From the NCBI GenBank assembly GCA_963727715.1, contig CAVSGX010000005.1, forward strand, positions 50,672 through 114,671: DNA of 64,000 nucleotides. Reading direction: 5' to 3'. The number at the start of each line of letters is the position of its first letter. Position 1 is the stretch's first letter. The DNA is from an uncultured bacterium (GTDB lineage: Bacteria; Patescibacteriota; Minisyncoccia; Phycocordibacterales; DATDWN01). Shown here piece after piece: positions 27,412 through 36,788 of this stretch. The notes below the pieces were generated by a model, which saw only the letters and a list, made by a program, of their open reading frames with translations, made no database searches and was not told the DNA's origin. The position numbers and the translations under genes were made by a program.

Positions 27412-28188
27412 ATGGGCTATAACAAATTTATCAAATCGGGTAATAATGTTGAGACTTACGAATATGAAAAAGACATTGTTATTCTGCGTGGTGGTAAAAA
27501 ATATCATTTTGATGATGAGGAGAAAAAAGAGATAGACAAAAATGCTGATTTGGACGAGGTGGAAGTCGGTAAGAGAATTGATAATGTCCGCAAAGCTAGT
27601 TTGGAATTTAGACGGCTTGTTTCTTCAAATTTAGATGATAAAAATTTTCCTCTTTTGCTGACTGTTACATACAAAGAAAATCAAACTGATTTGAAAAAAG
27701 TGTATTATGACCATAAACTATTTGTTCAAACTTTGAAATATACTTATGGAAAAAATCTGAAATATATCTGCGTGCCGGAATTTCAAAAAAGAGGAGCTGT
27801 TCATTTTCACGGTTTGTTTTGGGGACTGCCGGCTGGTATTCTTTTGCCGGAGCGTTTGCACGGATATTACGAAAATGCCTCTCCGACACTTTCTAAAATT
27901 TGGGACTTGGGTTTTGTTTTTCTCAAACCGACTGACGGGGACGATAAACTGTCCTCGTATCTTGCCAAGTATATGGCAAAGGCTTTTACCGACCCAAGAC
28001 TCAAACATCAAAAAGCCTACGCTTCGTCTCGCAATGTTAAACGGCCGTATGTGGTTTCCGGTATTACAAATATTTCTTTTTTGATTGATGATTATGTTGG
28101 TCTTGACGCTGTGCCGGTCAAGGAAAATAAATATCACACGACATATATGGGAGAGGCTCGGTATCGCATGTATAAAATTCCAAGTTGA
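27412..28188 (+). CDS. Rolling-circle replication initiator (HUH endonuclease, phiX174 gpA / P2 gpA-like two-tyrosine type)
   Basis: Motif I LLLTVTY, motif II VHFHGLFW (HUH), motif III YLAKYMAK (YxxKY). Confidence 0.7.
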   Translation: MGYNKFIKSGNNVETYEYEKDIVILRGGKKYHFDDEEKKEIDKNADLDEVEVGKRIDNVRKASLEFRRLVSSNLDDKNFPLLLTVTYKENQTDLKKVYYDHKLFVQTLKYTYGKNLKYICVPEFQKRGAVHFHGLFWGLPAGILLPERLHGYYENASPTLSKIWDLGFVFLKPTDGDDKLSSYLAKYMAKAFTDPRLKHQKAYASSRNVKRPYVVSGITNISFLIDDYVGLDAVPVKENKYHTTYMGEARYRMYKIPS

Positions 28189-28219
28189 ATTATTAAAATT
28201 TAAGAGTAATATCACAAAT

Positions 28220-29911
28220 ATGAAATTCATCGCCTATTATAGAAAATCAACCGAGAGCGAGGATAGACAACTTCTTTCTCTTGACGCGCAGGAAAGGGAA
28301 GCTCTGCAACTTTCGGAAAAATACAACCTCAATGTCGTCAAAACTTTCAAGGAAAGCATGTCGGCAAAGTCTGCCGGTCGTCCGCTTTTCAACGAAATGA
28401 TTAAAATGATTCAAGCCGGAAAAGCTGACGGAATTGTTTGTTGGAAATTAGATAGACTGGCTCGCAACTTCATTGACGGCGGTTTGGTTATTGATATGTT
28501 GCAACACGGTATCATTCAAGAAATCCAAACCTCCGAGGGTGTTTTTCGTCCGGGTGATGATGTTACTCTGCTGGCTTTGAAATTTGGTGTGGCAAATCAA
28601 TATAGCCGAAATTTGAGTGTTGATGTGAAGCGTGGCAACAGAGAAAAACTGGCTCATGGCGGTTGGCCGGGTCCAGCAAAGTTTGGCTACAAAAATGACA
28701 AAGCAGAAAAAACAATTGTCGTTGACCCTATCAAATCAAAATATGTCATTCGTATGTTTGAATTGTATTCCACTGGCAGTTACGGCTTCAAAGAAATTTC
28801 TCAAATTTTATTTGACGAGGGTTTGCGAACAGGCACGGGCAAAAAGTTTTTCTCCGGCAATATTCACCGACTCATGGACGAGCCATTTTACTACGGTATG
28901 ATGTTGCGAGACGGCAAACTTCACCCCGGCAATCATACACCTATTATTTCAAAAGAACTCTACGACAAAGTCCAAAATGTTTTGCACAACCGCCACCGAC
29001 CACGACCAAAAAATCATTTCTTTCCACTTCGCGGATTTATGACTTGTGAAAAGTGTGGTTGCGCTTTGACCGCTTCATTCAAAAAAGGCCACGCTTACTA
29101 TTACTGCACCAACGGAAAAGGTATTTGCTCTGAACACAAAACATATCTGCGAGAAAATACGCTATATCCCATTGTCGCAGGACTTTTTGACAAGCTAAAC
29201 ATTGACGAGGAAGCTATTGAAATGATGTATCAGTCTGCAAAAGAGGATATCGGGCTAGACGCTGAATACTCCGAGTCCATTCTGACAACCCTCAAAAGCC
29301 GTCTAAATGCTCTCACAGTCAAAGAAAGCAAACTGCTTGACGCTTTCCTTGCAGAAAGCATTACCAAAGATATTTACGACGGCAAAGCTCTTGAAATCCA
29401 AAACGAAAAAACCATACTCTCCAAACAAATATCCGATACAGAGAAAAAATCTGAAAATCTGGTTTCTACTTTGGAACCAGTCAAAAACATTTTTCTACGA
29501 GCCAGTAGAGCCAAAAAAGAATTTCTAGCCGGTGATGACCAGAAAAAGAGAGAAGTGGTAGAAACCATACTTTGGAACCTTTCCATTGAAAAGCAAAAAA
29601 TGGCTAATTACAAACTCAAAAGTCCATATTCCATACTCTCAAAACTACCTAAAAACCCTGATTTTCAGACCTTGCGGAGACGGTGGGATTCGAACCCACG
29701 AGAAGGTTACCCCTCTAACACCTTAGCAAGGTGCCGCTTTCGGCCACTCAGCCACGTCTCCAAAAAAATAAAAAAACTTACAATCACCTTACCATATCAG
29801 TGCGCAATCGTAAACGCGAAAATGTCGCGAGCGCCGGCGGAAAGCAGGGTGGCCCGAGCTTCGGAAAGGGTGGCGCCGGTGGTGGCCACATCGTCAATCA
29901 GAATGGCATAG
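28220..29911 (+). CDS. Large serine recombinase (resolvase/invertase N-terminal domain, recombinase domain and zinc ribbon)
   Basis: YYRKSTESEDRQLLSLDAQ catalytic-serine motif; recombinase domain; CEKCGC...YYYCTN zinc ribbon. The in-frame stop lies beyond the tRNA, so the true C-terminus is uncertain. Confidence 0.8.
   Translation: MKFIAYYRKSTESEDRQLLSLDAQEREALQLSEKYNLNVVKTFKESMSAKSAGRPLFNEMIKMIQAGKADGIVCWKLDRLARNFIDGGLVIDMLQHGIIQEIQTSEGVFRPGDDVTLLALKFGVANQYSRNLSVDVKRGNREKLAHGGWPGPAKFGYKNDKAEKTIVVDPIKSKYVIRMFELYSTGSYGFKEISQILFDEGLRTGTGKKFFSGNIHRLMDEPFYYGMMLRDGKLHPGNHTPIISKELYDKVQNVLHNRHRPRPKNHFFPLRGFMTCEKCGCALTASFKKGHAYYYCTNGKGICSEHKTYLRENTLYPIVAGLFDKLNIDEEAIEMMYQSAKEDIGLDAEYSESILTTLKSRLNALTVKESKLLDAFLAESITKDIYDGKALEIQNEKTILSKQISDTEKKSENLVSTLEPVKNIFLRASRAKKEFLAGDDQKKREVVETILWNLSIEKQKMANYKLKSPYSILSKLPKNPDFQTLRRRWDSNPREGYPSNTLARCRFRPLSHVSKKIKKLTITLPYQCAIVNAKMSRAPAESRVARASERVAPVVATSSIRMA
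29675..29761 (-). tRNA. tRNA-Ser (anticodon GCT), long variable arm
   Basis: Acceptor ggagacg/cgtctcc, anticodon loop ttGCTaa, T-loop ggttcgaatcc, 17-nt variable arm. Confidence 0.85.
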
Positions 29912-30474
29912 TAACCGGCCACACGGGGATCGGCCGAAAAACATCCGGAGAGATTTTGCAGTCTCTCGGTTCGTGATTCGGTTCGGCTTTGTGGTGGTGT
30001 GTTTTTGATTTTCTCTAGCCATTGCGGGGTGTAAAGTAAAATGTGCTCGGTATCGTAGGGCAAAATGGATTTGGCGATATGTTCGCTTTGGTTGTAACCG
30101 CGTTCTATCCGTCTCTCCACTGAAATCGGAATGGGTATGAGCAAAAATTTAGCCTCGTTGTCAAAAATCAAAATATCGGAAAGCAAAGCAACAATTTCGT
30201 CGTAAAAAATCTGCCCTATGAATTCCAAAGGTCTCAGATTTTCCCGATATTTTAATTCCCAGACAATAGCTCTGACGGTATTGTTTTTGTATTGGAACAA
30301 AGAATGAATCCAAGGCAAACCTTCTGTTTCCGACGCTTTCGGCAAATCAAGAATTTTTTCAGCGGTCAGTCTGGAAACCACCACGGCGTCTTTTCGGCGT
30401 GGGGCCAGCAGGTCAAAAAGTAAATCAAAGTAATATTTCGCCCGTTTTAAAATTTTCTTCATTGTATGGTACAA
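29797..30474 (-). CDS. comFC: ComF-family phosphoribosyltransferase (competence protein ComFC-like)
   Basis: PRTase motif ILIDDVATTGATL and a ComF-like N-terminus. Confidence 0.7.
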   Translation of the reverse strand: MYHTMKKILKRAKYYFDLLFDLLAPRRKDAVVVSRLTAEKILDLPKASETEGLPWIHSLFQYKNNTVRAIVWELKYRENLRPLEFIGQIFYDEIVALLSDILIFDNEAKFLLIPIPISVERRIERGYNQSEHIAKSILPYDTEHILLYTPQWLEKIKNTPPQSRTESRTERLQNLSGCFSADPRVAGYYAILIDDVATTGATLSEARATLLSAGARDIFAFTIAH

Positions 30475-30487
30475 TTATACTACCTTT

Positions 30488-31603
30488 ATGGCAGATTTTT
30501 TATCGTCAATCACCAATATTTTCTCAAAACCAAGCCCGTCCGTTCTCGGTGTGGATATCGGTTCCTCTTCTATCAAAGTGGTCCAGTTGCATCGCAAGGG
30601 TGGGCGAGCCATTTTGGAGACTTACGGAGAATTGTCTCTCGGTCCGTATGCTGGTGTCGGTGTTGGCCAAGCCACCAATTTGCCGGTTGATAAAATAGTC
30701 GAGGCCATGAACGATCTTTTGAACGAGAAAGAAGTGGCCATTACCAGCAAACTCTGTGGTGTGGCCATTCCCTTTGCTTCCAGCTTTATGACCGTCATCA
30801 ATATGCCTCCGGTTTCAAGCAAACAGCTGGCCCAAATTATTCCCATTGAAGCCAGAAAATACGTTCCGGCGCCGATATCTGAAGTGATGCTTGACTGGTC
30901 AATCATCCCGAAAGATATTGATACCAGACCCGATTCTTCTGGCAAAAAAGAACCGGATAAAATGGAAATTCTTCTTGTAGCCATTCACAACGGCACCCTA
31001 GATAAATATAAAGAAATTGTGAGCAGAAGCAACCTAGACAGCAGTTTTTTTGAAATTGAAATATTTTCCACCATGCGTTCCATTTTGGATCAGGAAATCT
31101 CGCCGGTTATGATTTTGGATATGGGCGCTATGAGCACCAAACTTTATATAGTTGAAAGGGGTATATTGCGTTCGTCTCACACCATCAACAAAGGTTCTCA
31201 AGAAGTGACAAATGTTTTGTCCAAAACTTTAGGCCTTCCTCTGCAAGATGCCGAGGTGTTGAAAAGAGAAAAAGGTCTCGGGTCCGTTGCTTCCGAAATC
31301 GGTGTGTCAGATATTATGTCCGTGACATTTGATTATATTTTTTCCGAAGCCAACCAAGTCGTTTTGGCTTATCAAAAGAGATATAACAAAAATGTCAGCA
31401 AGGTTTTTCTAGTCGGCGGTGGTAGCGCTCTTATTGGCTTGGAAGAAATTGCCAAAAAGAATTTTCAAACCGATGTTGAGAGTGGCAACCCGTTCTCCAA
31501 AGTGGTCGTGCCGGCTTTCTTAGAGGAAGTTTTGCGCAAAACCGGTCCGGAATTCACCGTGGCTGTCGGCTTGGCTCTGCGGAGGTTGCAGGAATTGGAT
31601 TAA
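30488..31603 (+). CDS. pilM: Type IV pilus assembly protein PilM (actin-like ATPase)
   Basis: LGVDIGSSSIKVVQL start; 371 aa. Confidence 0.8.
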   Translation: MADFLSSITNIFSKPSPSVLGVDIGSSSIKVVQLHRKGGRAILETYGELSLGPYAGVGVGQATNLPVDKIVEAMNDLLNEKEVAITSKLCGVAIPFASSFMTVINMPPVSSKQLAQIIPIEARKYVPAPISEVMLDWSIIPKDIDTRPDSSGKKEPDKMEILLVAIHNGTLDKYKEIVSRSNLDSSFFEIEIFSTMRSILDQEISPVMILDMGAMSTKLYIVERGILRSSHTINKGSQEVTNVLSKTLGLPLQDAEVLKREKGLGSVASEIGVSDIMSVTFDYIFSEANQVVLAYQKRYNKNVSKVFLVGGGSALIGLEEIAKKNFQTDVESGNPFSKVVVPAFLEEVLRKTGPEFTVAVGLALRRLQELD

Positions 31604-31635
31604 AAGGTTAACCATTTTGTTAAAATTATGATATA

Positions 31636-31923
31636 ATGCGAGGTATGAACACACTGCCTGAATTTTTCAAATCGATACTTTGGTCATATTCTTTTTATGA
31701 TTGCGATCCAAATAAAATGAAGAAGACCATCATTTCTCAAAGTCTAAATTATGGCTCTATAAAGCACTGGAAATGGATAAAATCTTTTTACGGAGATAAA
31801 GAAATCCTTGCTGTCCTATCCTCTATCCCGGAGACAGAAATACATTCAAAAACTAAAAAGCTGGTTGAGATTGGTTTTAATTTTAACAATTGGAACTATG
31901 CATCTAGAAGTTCTGACAGATAA
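31636..31923 (+). CDS. Hypothetical small protein, possibly the partner of the downstream AbiEii-like gene
   Basis: ORF overlaps the next gene in another frame; no recognisable domain. Confidence 0.2.
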   Translation: MRGMNTLPEFFKSILWSYSFYDCDPNKMKKTIISQSLNYGSIKHWKWIKSFYGDKEILAVLSSIPETEIHSKTKKLVEIGFNFNNWNYASRSSDR

Positions 31924-32533
31924 CACCAAAAAAGTTTTTGATAAAATTTCAAAATTTCAAAATTTGAAAGATGCTTTTTATCTTGCCGGTGGAACAGCTC
32001 TTGCGTTGCAATTAGGTCATCGCATCTCCGTTGACTTGGATTTTTTTTCAGATGAGCATATCAAAAAAACTTTTCTGTCAGACATTGAAGATTTTTTTGG
32101 ACAAACCGCGCAGGTCATAGCAAAAAGTCAAAATGAATTAACGATTATTATAAACGAAGTAAAAATCACTTTTCTGCATTATCCGTTCGCGCTTATTTAT
32201 CCATTAGAAAATAAAAATGAAATCATTCTGGCCGACTTAAAAGAAATAGCTTTAATGAAAGCCTATGCTATCGGTCGGCGACAGTCGCTGAAAGATTATA
32301 TTGATTTATACACCATTGTTTCCAGAAATTTAATGACCCTGGGTTCCATTGTGGAAAATTCAAAAAATAAATACGGAGAAGTTTTCAATGACCGTGTCTT
32401 TTTGGAGCAGTTGGTTTATATAAAAGACATTGACGACGAACCAATACAATGGATTGACAAATCTGTGTCAAAAGAAGAAATCAGAAGTTTTTTTGAAGCA
32501 GAAGTGAAAGTATATTTTAACACGCTGAAATAA
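31898..32533 (+). CDS. Nucleotidyltransferase AbiEii/AbiGii toxin-family protein
   Basis: FYLAGGTALALQLGHRISVDLDFF matches the AbiEii GGTAL...R.S.D.DF signature. Confidence 0.5.
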   Translation: MHLEVLTDNTKKVFDKISKFQNLKDAFYLAGGTALALQLGHRISVDLDFFSDEHIKKTFLSDIEDFFGQTAQVIAKSQNELTIIINEVKITFLHYPFALIYPLENKNEIILADLKEIALMKAYAIGRRQSLKDYIDLYTIVSRNLMTLGSIVENSKNKYGEVFNDRVFLEQLVYIKDIDDEPIQWIDKSVSKEEIRSFFEAEVKVYFNTLK

Positions 32534-33034
32534 AAACATGAAAGAATCATTACCTAAAAATTATCCAAATCTAAGCGAGCTCTCAGAAGAGAGAAAAAAT
32601 CTCCGCCAAATAAGTGGCGGAGTTCAGTTGAAATCCGTTAAAAGAGCGGTTGAATCCGCCCAAAAAGGAAATAAAGAAAAAGCAAAAGGTTTGGGAAACA
32701 TTGGAAGTCAAACAGATATCAGGTTAAAAATTCGGCGAAGTGGGAATCACTCTTGTCTGCGACAGATCGGGCAGTATGGAAGAAGGTGATAAACTTGCCG
32801 AACAAAGAAAGTCGGCGGTATTTTTGATGGAAGCTTTGAAAAAATTTGCTGAAAGATGCGACGAGGAAACGGTCAATATGGAAAAACCTTTGGCGGAACA
32901 AGCCGAAAAACTTTCCATCATTTTGGCCGATCTGCTTAAAGAACATCTGCAAAACATTTAAAACTTTTCAAAAAACTCTTTTGTTGATAACTTTTGTAGT
33001 CTTTTAATTTAACGCATAGTATAATTAGTTTGTT

Positions 33035-33634
33035 ATGGAGCCCCAATTTCAAACATCGTTCATCCCCAAAAAACCGATTGATTCCAGAGCTAGTGCCATA
33101 GGTGTCGGGGGAGGGCCGATCAGTCTTCTCTCCATTTTTACTTGGGTTTTGGTTACCCTGACCATTATAGTTTCAGTGGCTTTGTTTGTTTATCAACAGA
33201 TTTTGAATAGTCAGATGAGCCAGATTGAATCAAGCATTGCTTCGGCCAAAGAGGCCTTTCAGCCAACCACCGTCAAACAACTGGTTGATACCAGCAATCA
33301 AATATCTTTGACCGAAAAACTTTTAAACTCACACGTTTTAGTCAGTCGAGTATTTGATTTGTTGCAAAACCTGACCTTGAAAAAAATCTCCTATACCAAT
33401 TTTTCCTATAGCATTGATCAAAGTGGCAATTATTCAATCACCATGTCAGGTCAGTCCCAGAGTTATAATGCTTTGGTTCAGCAATACAATATTTTTGAAC
33501 AAAGCGGTTTAATACAAAATCCGGCGTTTTCCGATTTTTCTTTGACACAGGATGGTTACATTTCATTTGATTTTTCAGCAAACATTGACCCGTCCGTTAT
33601 TTCATATCAAAAATCCATTCAACCAACGCAATAA
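33035..33634 (+). CDS. pilN: PilN-like pilus assembly protein
   Basis: Single N-terminal TM helix, coiled-coil, position after pilM. Confidence 0.5.
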   Translation: MEPQFQTSFIPKKPIDSRASAIGVGGGPISLLSIFTWVLVTLTIIVSVALFVYQQILNSQMSQIESSIASAKEAFQPTTVKQLVDTSNQISLTEKLLNSHVLVSRVFDLLQNLTLKKISYTNFSYSIDQSGNYSITMSGQSQSYNALVQQYNIFEQSGLIQNPAFSDFSLTQDGYISFDFSANIDPSVISYQKSIQPTQ

Positions 33635-33643
33635 TATTAAAAC

Positions 33644-34192
33644 ATGAAATTATTTACAACACTCTTTTTAATAGTTATCTGTGTGTTGACCTATTTTGTC
33701 TACATAGGACCGACTTATTCCGCCGTTGGAGCCTTATCAGCTCAAAAAGATAATTATAGCCAGATTTTACAGGATTCTAAAAACATAGCCTCCAAACAGG
33801 ATCAGATTTTAGCTACATATGATTCAATTTCCACCAATGACCTTGATCGTTTGAATAAAATTGTTCCGCTTAATTTTAATTCTGTAACATTTATAAATTA
33901 TCTAAATATTATAGCCAGCAAATATGGGTTAGTTGTCAATGGGATGAAAGTTGTCGATCAGGGTCAAACTGCCGGAGAAATTGTTGATCAGTCTCAAAAA
34001 TCATACCAGACGAGAAACATAACCTTCTCGGTCAGTGGGCAGTATGCGACACTCATAAATTTTTTGAAGAGTTTGGAATCCGGACTGTATTTAGTCGATG
34101 TGACCGGATTATCTGTCACGAAAGGCTCAACAATCAAGAGTGGTTTGATGCTTAATTTTAATATCAGTCTAAACACCTACTCAATCAACTAA
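33644..34192 (+). CDS. pilO: PilO-like pilus assembly protein
   Basis: N-terminal TM helix plus a periplasmic domain; synteny. Confidence 0.45.
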   Translation: MKLFTTLFLIVICVLTYFVYIGPTYSAVGALSAQKDNYSQILQDSKNIASKQDQILATYDSISTNDLDRLNKIVPLNFNSVTFINYLNIIASKYGLVVNGMKVVDQGQTAGEIVDQSQKSYQTRNITFSVSGQYATLINFLKSLESGLYLVDVTGLSVTKGSTIKSGLMLNFNISLNTYSIN

Positions 34193-34207
34193 AATTTATT
34201 TTAAAAT

Positions 34208-34564
34208 ATGAAATTATCGCAAACACAAAAATTAATAATTGCCGTAATCATATTTGCTTTAGCTGGTTTTATTCTTTATAAGTCCTTTTCTGGTTCTAAC
34301 CCGGGAACAGTCGTAATTCCCGAGGCAATGGCTACAAGCACGGAAGTTCAAGAGGTCGTTGATCTGACAAATCAAATCAACGGTGTTTCAATTGATTTGG
34401 GGTTATTTTCCTCGCCTCTGTTCGTAAATCTGGTTGACTTTAATGTCCTACCATCGCCAGAACCTCAAGGACGGCCGGATCCTTTTGCCGATATTGGTAA
34501 TGACAGCGGAAACAGCATTATATCGGCTACCAGCACTGTGCTTGTTAAACAATCGTCGAAGTAG
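34208..34564 (+). CDS. Small membrane-anchored pilus-cluster protein (PilP-like?)
   Basis: TM helix; synteny only. Confidence 0.3.
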   Translation: MKLSQTQKLIIAVIIFALAGFILYKSFSGSNPGTVVIPEAMATSTEVQEVVDLTNQINGVSIDLGLFSSPLFVNLVDFNVLPSPEPQGRPDPFADIGNDSGNSIISATSTVLVKQSSK

Positions 34565-34627
34565 AAAACAAGGGATTATAATTTTTGTATACGACCATAA
34601 TCCTATTTTATAACTTTATAACCTCAA

Positions 34628-36343
34628 ATGGACATTTTAAACATTGCTATAAAAAACGGTCTTGTTAAAAAAGATCAGGTTGAAAATATCAAAAATAAAA
34701 TCAACCGCTCTGGTAAAAAACCGGAACAGGTTCTTTTGGAAGAAGGAGTTTCTCCGGAAGATATTTTGAAGCTAAAGGCAGAATACTTTAATATCCCGAC
34801 AAGGAGTGTCAATTTGGAAAGCATAACAGATTCCATTTTGGGTTATATTCCGCAGGAATCAGCCGAACATTATCATTTTGTGCCGATAGGAGACAGCGAA
34901 GGTGTCTTGGAAATTGGCGTAACCAACCCTGATAACATAAGTGCCATTGATGCTTTGAATTTCATATCGACTGAAATCGGTATGCCTTTCAAAATTTTTC
35001 TCATATCGGAAGAAGATTTTACCAAAGTCTTTTCTCTTTATAAAGGTTTGACAGGCGAAGTTTCAAAGGCTTTGAATGAATTGGAAGTTGAATTAAAAAC
35101 AAAAAGTCAAAAAGAACCGGAAAAAGTGGCAGGCAATATTGTCGGAAGCAGCGCCAAAATCAGCGAGGATGCACCTGTGACTAAAATTGTGGCCACCATT
35201 TTGCGTTATGCTTCAGACGGCAACGCCTCTGATATCCATATTGAGCCATGGAGAGAAAATATTAAAGTAAGGTTTAGGGTGGATGGGGTGATGAACACCA
35301 GTTTGATTTTGCCTTCAAAAGTTCACTCGGCTGTTGTTGCGCGCATTAAAATTCTTTCCAACATGAGACTTGATGAAAAACGAAAACCTTTGGACGGAAG
35401 GTTTAGCGCGCGCATTGAAAATCGCCGGATTGATTTTCGGGTCTCCACTTTTCCGACATATTTTGGCGAGAAAATAGAAATGCGACTTTTGGATCAGGAA
35501 AAAGGCGTTAAAAAATTAGACGAACTCGGCTTCTCAGACAAAAATTTGACAATCATCAAGAAAGCCATCGATAAGCCTTATGGTCTTATTCTTTTGTCTG
35601 GCCCGACCGGCTCTGGGAAAACATCCACTCTGTATTCAATGTTGAATGAAATGGACCGCGAACATTTGAATATTTTGTCTCTGGAAGATCCGATTGAATA
35701 CAACATTGAGGGTATATCACAATCGCAAGTTCAGCCGGAAATTGATTACACTTTTGCTTCAGGTTTGCGCACCACCTTGCGTCAAGATCCGGACGTTATC
35801 ATGGTCGGCGAGATTCGCGACAAGGAGACCGCACAACTAGCCATTCAAGCCGCTTTGACCGGTCACCTTGTTCTTTCAACCATACACACCAATTCAGCCG
35901 TCGGGGTCATTCCAAGACTGATTGATATGGGAGTTGACCCATATCTTATCGCTCCGACCCTGATCTTGGCCATTGCCCAACGTCTGGTTCGCGAACTTTG
36001 TCCGAGCTCAGGCAAGCCGGTGCCAGTTGAGGACAGTCTGAAAATAATGTTAGACAAGCAGTTCAGTGATTTGCCGGAGAAATACCTGAAAGAGTTAGAC
36101 TTTACGGATACTGTTTATTCAATATCGCCAAGTTCTGATTGTCCGGCTGGAGTAAGAGGGCGACTGGCTGTGTTGGAAGTTTTTGAGATGGACAAGGATA
36201 TAGAGGAAGTTATTCTGAAAAGCCCTACAGAAACGGCTTTGACCAAAATCGTAAGAGGTAAAGGAATGCTGACCATGAAAGAGGACGCCATTCTCAAAGC
36301 CATGCATCGCCTCATCCCGTTTGAGGAGATTAACACGTTATAA
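34628..36343 (+). CDS. pilB: Type IV pilus assembly ATPase PilB (GspE family)
   Basis: N-terminal GspII domain, Walker A GPTGSGKT, Asp/His boxes. Confidence 0.9.
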   Translation: MDILNIAIKNGLVKKDQVENIKNKINRSGKKPEQVLLEEGVSPEDILKLKAEYFNIPTRSVNLESITDSILGYIPQESAEHYHFVPIGDSEGVLEIGVTNPDNISAIDALNFISTEIGMPFKIFLISEEDFTKVFSLYKGLTGEVSKALNELEVELKTKSQKEPEKVAGNIVGSSAKISEDAPVTKIVATILRYASDGNASDIHIEPWRENIKVRFRVDGVMNTSLILPSKVHSAVVARIKILSNMRLDEKRKPLDGRFSARIENRRIDFRVSTFPTYFGEKIEMRLLDQEKGVKKLDELGFSDKNLTIIKKAIDKPYGLILLSGPTGSGKTSTLYSMLNEMDREHLNILSLEDPIEYNIEGISQSQVQPEIDYTFASGLRTTLRQDPDVIMVGEIRDKETAQLAIQAALTGHLVLSTIHTNSAVGVIPRLIDMGVDPYLIAPTLILAIAQRLVRELCPSSGKPVPVEDSLKIMLDKQFSDLPEKYLKELDFTDTVYSISPSSDCPAGVRGRLAVLEVFEMDKDIEEVILKSPTETALTKIVRGKGMLTMKEDAILKAMHRLIPFEEINTL

Positions 36344-36391
36344 ACTTATTAAGTTGAAGATATGGGAAAATTAAAGTAAAATACAACTAAT

Positions 36392-36784
36392 ATGACAACA
36401 GAAAAACAACCTAAAATAATGCTGATCGACGATGATCGTTTTTTGCTGGATATGTATTCCAGAAAATTCAAAACGCAAGGTTTGGATATTGTCACTGTTG
36501 ATAACAGTCCGGGGGCTCTGGAAAAACTCCGTAACGGTGAGAAACCAGACATTATTTTGCTTGATATCATTATGCCGACGATGGACGGTCTGGAACTTTT
36601 GAAAATTTTAAGAGATGAAAAACTGGTTTCCTCAGCTTCGGTAATTATGTTGACCAACCAGTCCGATGGGGTGGAGAGAGCCAAAGAACTCGGCGTTGAT
36701 GGTTATATTGTCAAAGCTACCACCATACCGTCGGAGGTGGTCAGTCAAGTTTTGGAAATATACAATAAAAAAAACAGGAAATAA
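36392..36784 (+). CDS. Single-domain response regulator (CheY-like receiver)
   Basis: DD...D phospho-acceptor pattern; 130 aa. Confidence 0.8.
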   Translation: MTTEKQPKIMLIDDDRFLLDMYSRKFKTQGLDIVTVDNSPGALEKLRNGEKPDIILLDIIMPTMDGLELLKILRDEKLVSSASVIMLTNQSDGVERAKELGVDGYIVKATTIPSEVVSQVLEIYNKKNRK

Positions 36785-36788
36785 AATT

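Larger units (their letters stand above)
24570..29690. mobile_element. Integrative element (about 5.1 kb) inserted at the 3' end of tRNA-Ser. Encodes an alpha/beta-hydrolase, two hypothetical proteins, a phiX/P2-type HUH Rep and a large serine recombinase.
   Basis: Bounded by an att-like repeat and an intact tRNA that share a 15-nt core. The recombinase lies adjacent to the tRNA. Confidence 0.6.

Noticed and set aside
32538-32961. Two small overlapping ORFs. The second contains a DRSGSM (vWA MIDAS-like) motif.
   Set aside because: Too short and split between frames to call as a vWA-domain gene; possibly a decayed fragment.
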